Of a stretch of 25,728 nt of DNA, positions 23,126-25,728 are shown in pieces. Within the stretch, counting starts at the first letter, position 1; each line of letters begins with the position of its first letter. The position numbers and the translations under genes were made by a program. The notes beneath the pieces are model-generated. The model was not told the DNA's origin and ran no database searches. It worked only from the letters and a program-made list of their open reading frames with translations. Origin of the DNA: a virus (taxonomy: Duplodnaviria > Caudoviricetes); the IMG/VR virus record IMGVR_UViG_3300042143_000002, positions 1 to 25,728 of that record. The stretch is one strand, 5' to 3'.

Positions 23126-25213
23126 TTACATCATATCGTTCTGCGGTGTCTCAATCCCCGAGTTCAGACCCACCCCAGGATTAGCAGGTGTCAGCGGGTT
23201 TGTATTCTGCTGGACACGCATTCCAGTATCCGTAGGCGCTCCGCCCATTTGCTGCGGGATGATCGGTGCCGCATTCCTGTCCTCAAAACCAGCCGAACCA
23301 AGCATGGCATCGGCGATAGGCGCAGTCTGTGGAGTTGTTGCCGCCACATTCGCCGCTTGCATGGCTGAGTATTGCGCCTCAACCGCCTTGTTCACCCGCT
23401 CAACCATGACCCTATCAGTAACAGCGTCAAGGTTGCGAATCTTGGCTTCTATTTCTTTTGCCCGGGCCTCGGTCAGCGGGTCGCCGGTGTTTTGCAGGGC
23501 TTTGACAATATCGTTTTTGCGGGTCAGCGTAGAAGACTCAACCACAAAAGAATCAGGGATTCCGATACCCATTTTCCGCATCTCAAGGGACTGCCGGAAC
23601 TGGTTATCCTCAAAGGTAGCCATGGTCGGCATATCGGTTACAACCACGTCATATTTGCCAACGGCGATATGGTTAAGCACCGTGCCATCTGGCAGAAACT
23701 GGTTTACGGTAAGCGGATTATAAACCGTCTGTGTCGGGTCAGACGAATCAGTTATCATAAACGTCCGCTCCTCTGTGTAAAAGTCCTGTATCAACTCCAG
23801 CAACTTCCGGCCCACCATGTTTCTTGTCCTTGCAAGGTTGTCGAGTGGCCCAGCCATCTGCGTCTTGCCCTGGAACTGTTTGGACTGGATAGCAATCCCT
23901 GATGTCTCATTTCCATCCATGCCCTGTTGCGCGTCGTTCATGCCGGTGATGGTCTTGATAAACATCTCGGCTTTTTCGGCGATGCGGTCAAGCCCGGTCG
24001 GAACCTGGTTTGACTGTATCTTCGATGGAGGCTGCGCCCCTTTTTTGTACTCAATAACGACTCCGGTCTTCGCTCCTTGCCGCTCAAGGTCGGTTGTTCG
24101 CATGTTGACAAGGCTGTTCTCTTCCACCAGCCACCCGCTATTTGCGCTGGTGTTGACGATATGAAGCACTTGGGATGTTGTCTTGTTGAGTAGCTCCTGC
24201 GGCGATACGGCATTATCTACCATCCCTAAAGTCTTCCCGCGCCGGAAGTATGGGAAGTACGGGACGACCGAGATCGTCCGGTACGGACTCCAATCGTCAA
24301 AAAGCAGAACGGCCTCAGTTGATACTGTCCAGCGCACCCGCTTGATAATCCTGGACGTGAGCATTGCCCCCTCATCCACCATCCGGCTCAGTTCCACCTC
24401 GGTGAACCTGTCGCAAGGCTGAATATCCCCGTCAGCGGTGACGACAACCTTGGTCATCTCGTAGCGGTAGTGCTGCCGATCTATGACCATGTAACGGGTA
24501 ATCGCCCCTTGCACCCAAGTCGAGCCGATAGTGTTGGTATCACTGTCTCCGAAGGCGTTACGGTCGTCTGCTTGTTCGCTGGATTCAGCCGACGACTCCC
24601 CGCTATTCTCTATCTGCCTGGCCTTCTTCTGCCCGTAAATTTGACCAATCTCGTCAAGGGTCATCCAGCGCAACCGGATAAAATCGCCCCATGTCTCAGG
24701 GTCATACCCGTTAGCGTCAGGGTCAGGGATGCAATCAAGCGGGTCAAGCACCATCCCCGCCACTTCACCAAGGGCGTTATCCTGAAATGACATTGACAGG
24801 TCGATAAAGCCTCGTTGCTGAATAAGGCCATCGCAAAAGACCGCGCTCTCCAGCCAAACATATCCAATATCGTCGCAAATTTGTCTGGTTATCTTGGTGA
24901 GAGTGTCGGCTATAGCATCGTCTGTTTGGTTGTTCCTTGGACGGTACGATATGTCGGCCCGACTCTTGAGCTGATCGCCTATCGCCGTGTTGACTGCTGG
25001 GAAGATGGTGTTGATCTCGATACATGGCCGACCGCTGGCCTCTACCTTGCGCCGGTCGTTATCCGACCACTGCCGCCCCGCCCCCAGGTAAAACTCCTCC
25101 AGCCGTTTTGCCTTGGGGACATAGCTATCATGGCCCCTCTGCCGCCCGTACTGGTATCTATCCCAGGTTTCTCGGGCGATGGTGCGCTCGTCTTTCATTG
25201 TCGGTTCTGCCAT
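23126..25213 (-). CDS. Portal protein (P22/N4-like, ~695 aa)
   Basis: FY.G.G.QW...RPCIEINTIFPAVN..IG; VVPYFPYFRRG...GMVDN..SPQ..LNK; SGIAIQ; GKYDVVV. ATG at 25213 has the better RBS spacing (the track starts at GTG 25219). Confidence 0.92.
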   Translation of the reverse strand: MAEPTMKDERTIARETWDRYQYGRQRGHDSYVPKAKRLEEFYLGAGRQWSDNDRRKVEASGRPCIEINTIFPAVNTAIGDQLKSRADISYRPRNNQTDDAIADTLTKITRQICDDIGYVWLESAVFCDGLIQQRGFIDLSMSFQDNALGEVAGMVLDPLDCIPDPDANGYDPETWGDFIRLRWMTLDEIGQIYGQKKARQIENSGESSAESSEQADDRNAFGDSDTNTIGSTWVQGAITRYMVIDRQHYRYEMTKVVVTADGDIQPCDRFTEVELSRMVDEGAMLTSRIIKRVRWTVSTEAVLLFDDWSPYRTISVVPYFPYFRRGKTLGMVDNAVSPQELLNKTTSQVLHIVNTSANSGWLVEENSLVNMRTTDLERQGAKTGVVIEYKKGAQPPSKIQSNQVPTGLDRIAEKAEMFIKTITGMNDAQQGMDGNETSGIAIQSKQFQGKTQMAGPLDNLARTRNMVGRKLLELIQDFYTEERTFMITDSSDPTQTVYNPLTVNQFLPDGTVLNHIAVGKYDVVVTDMPTMATFEDNQFRQSLEMRKMGIGIPDSFVVESSTLTRKNDIVKALQNTGDPLTEARAKEIEAKIRNLDAVTDRVMVERVNKAVEAQYSAMQAANVAATTPQTAPIADAMLGSAGFEDRNAAPIIPQQMGGAPTDTGMRVQQNTNPLTPANPGVGLNSGIETPQNDMM

Positions 25214-25222
25214 ATCCACCCT

Positions 25223-25728
25223 CTATGCCGTCATTGCGCTGCCGGTTGTGCTACTTTGCATTGCCCTTAATTTTTCGCGCCATGCTGGAAGGCTTACGTC
25301 GTCATTCGCCGCCACGGGAAACGCAAAGGTGAGCGCAAGCGCGTCGCCTTCGTCTGGTGATTTAATGCCACGGGCCTTCATTTCGTCTTTCGACTCCAGC
25401 TTGAGCCGTTGGGTGCTGTCGTATTTGTAAGACGGCCCCACAAGATCAGCATGGAGTGAATCGCTGTCCGGTATCTCAACGCTACCACCAGCCAGCCAAT
25501 CCCGCATTTCACCCCACATCTGGGAGCGCATATTGTGGTATTTCCCTTCCTCGCTCGCTCGCTCCCCGAAGTTTACAGCGGTTATCTTGCGCCCATATCC
25601 AAGTTCATTGAGCCTATCGACGATGCCAGCCCCCAGGCCGCCAACATCAATAAAGACCATTGCCGGATTATCATCGTTGATAATCTTACCGACAATCCCC
25701 GCTACCTGCATTGTGTCGAGCTTGCTGA
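25223..25728 (-). CDS. terL: Terminase large subunit, C-terminal nuclease domain (partial, continues beyond right edge)
   Basis: VFIDVGGLGAGIVDRL, VNFG, NMRSQMW, LESKDEMKARGIKSPDEGDALALTFA. Frame open to the window edge. Confidence 0.93.
   Translation of the reverse strand, partial: SKLDTMQVAGIVGKIINDDNPAMVFIDVGGLGAGIVDRLNELGYGRKITAVNFGERASEEGKYHNMRSQMWGEMRDWLAGGSVEIPDSDSLHADLVGPSYKYDSTQRLKLESKDEMKARGIKSPDEGDALALTFAFPVAANDDVSLPAWREKLRAMQSSTTGSAMTA

Larger units (their letters stand above)
1..25728 (-). mobile_element. Tailed phage/prophage structural and injection module (podovirus-like, N4-gp56-type capsid)
   Basis: Co-oriented terminase-portal-scaffold-capsid-adaptor-nozzle-ejection gene order. 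No tape-measure, sheath or host genes seen. Phage ends and integrase are not in the window. Confidence 0.95.

Overview
The whole window is the morphogenesis and DNA-injection module of a tailed (podovirus-like) phage or prophage, and every credible gene is on the minus strand. From right to left: terminase large subunit (C-terminal part), portal, scaffold, N4-gp56/DUF4043-type major capsid, a small capsid-associated protein, a hypothetical protein, head-tail adaptor, tail nozzle-like protein, a protein with eight 48-aa repeats, two probable ejection proteins, and a giant ORF (13061 to past the left edge, >4350 aa) that the supplied ORF track omits. The giant is a DarB-like polyvalent protein with N6-adenine methyltransferase, SNF2 helicase, HExxxH metallopeptidase and ADP-ribosyltransferase domains. 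Three observations stand out. (1) Two small genes are nested out of frame inside the giant gene, each with an RBS and a TTGnnT-17bp-GATAAT promoter candidate, and each lies directly before an enzymatic domain. (2) A repeated compact pseudoknot-like motif occurs in tandem in the leaders of both the scaffold and capsid genes. (3) The 144-bp repeats have hypervariable Tyr/Ser/Asp-rich loops with strong NNY codon bias and mosaic structure. Family assignments come from motif recognition, not database searches.
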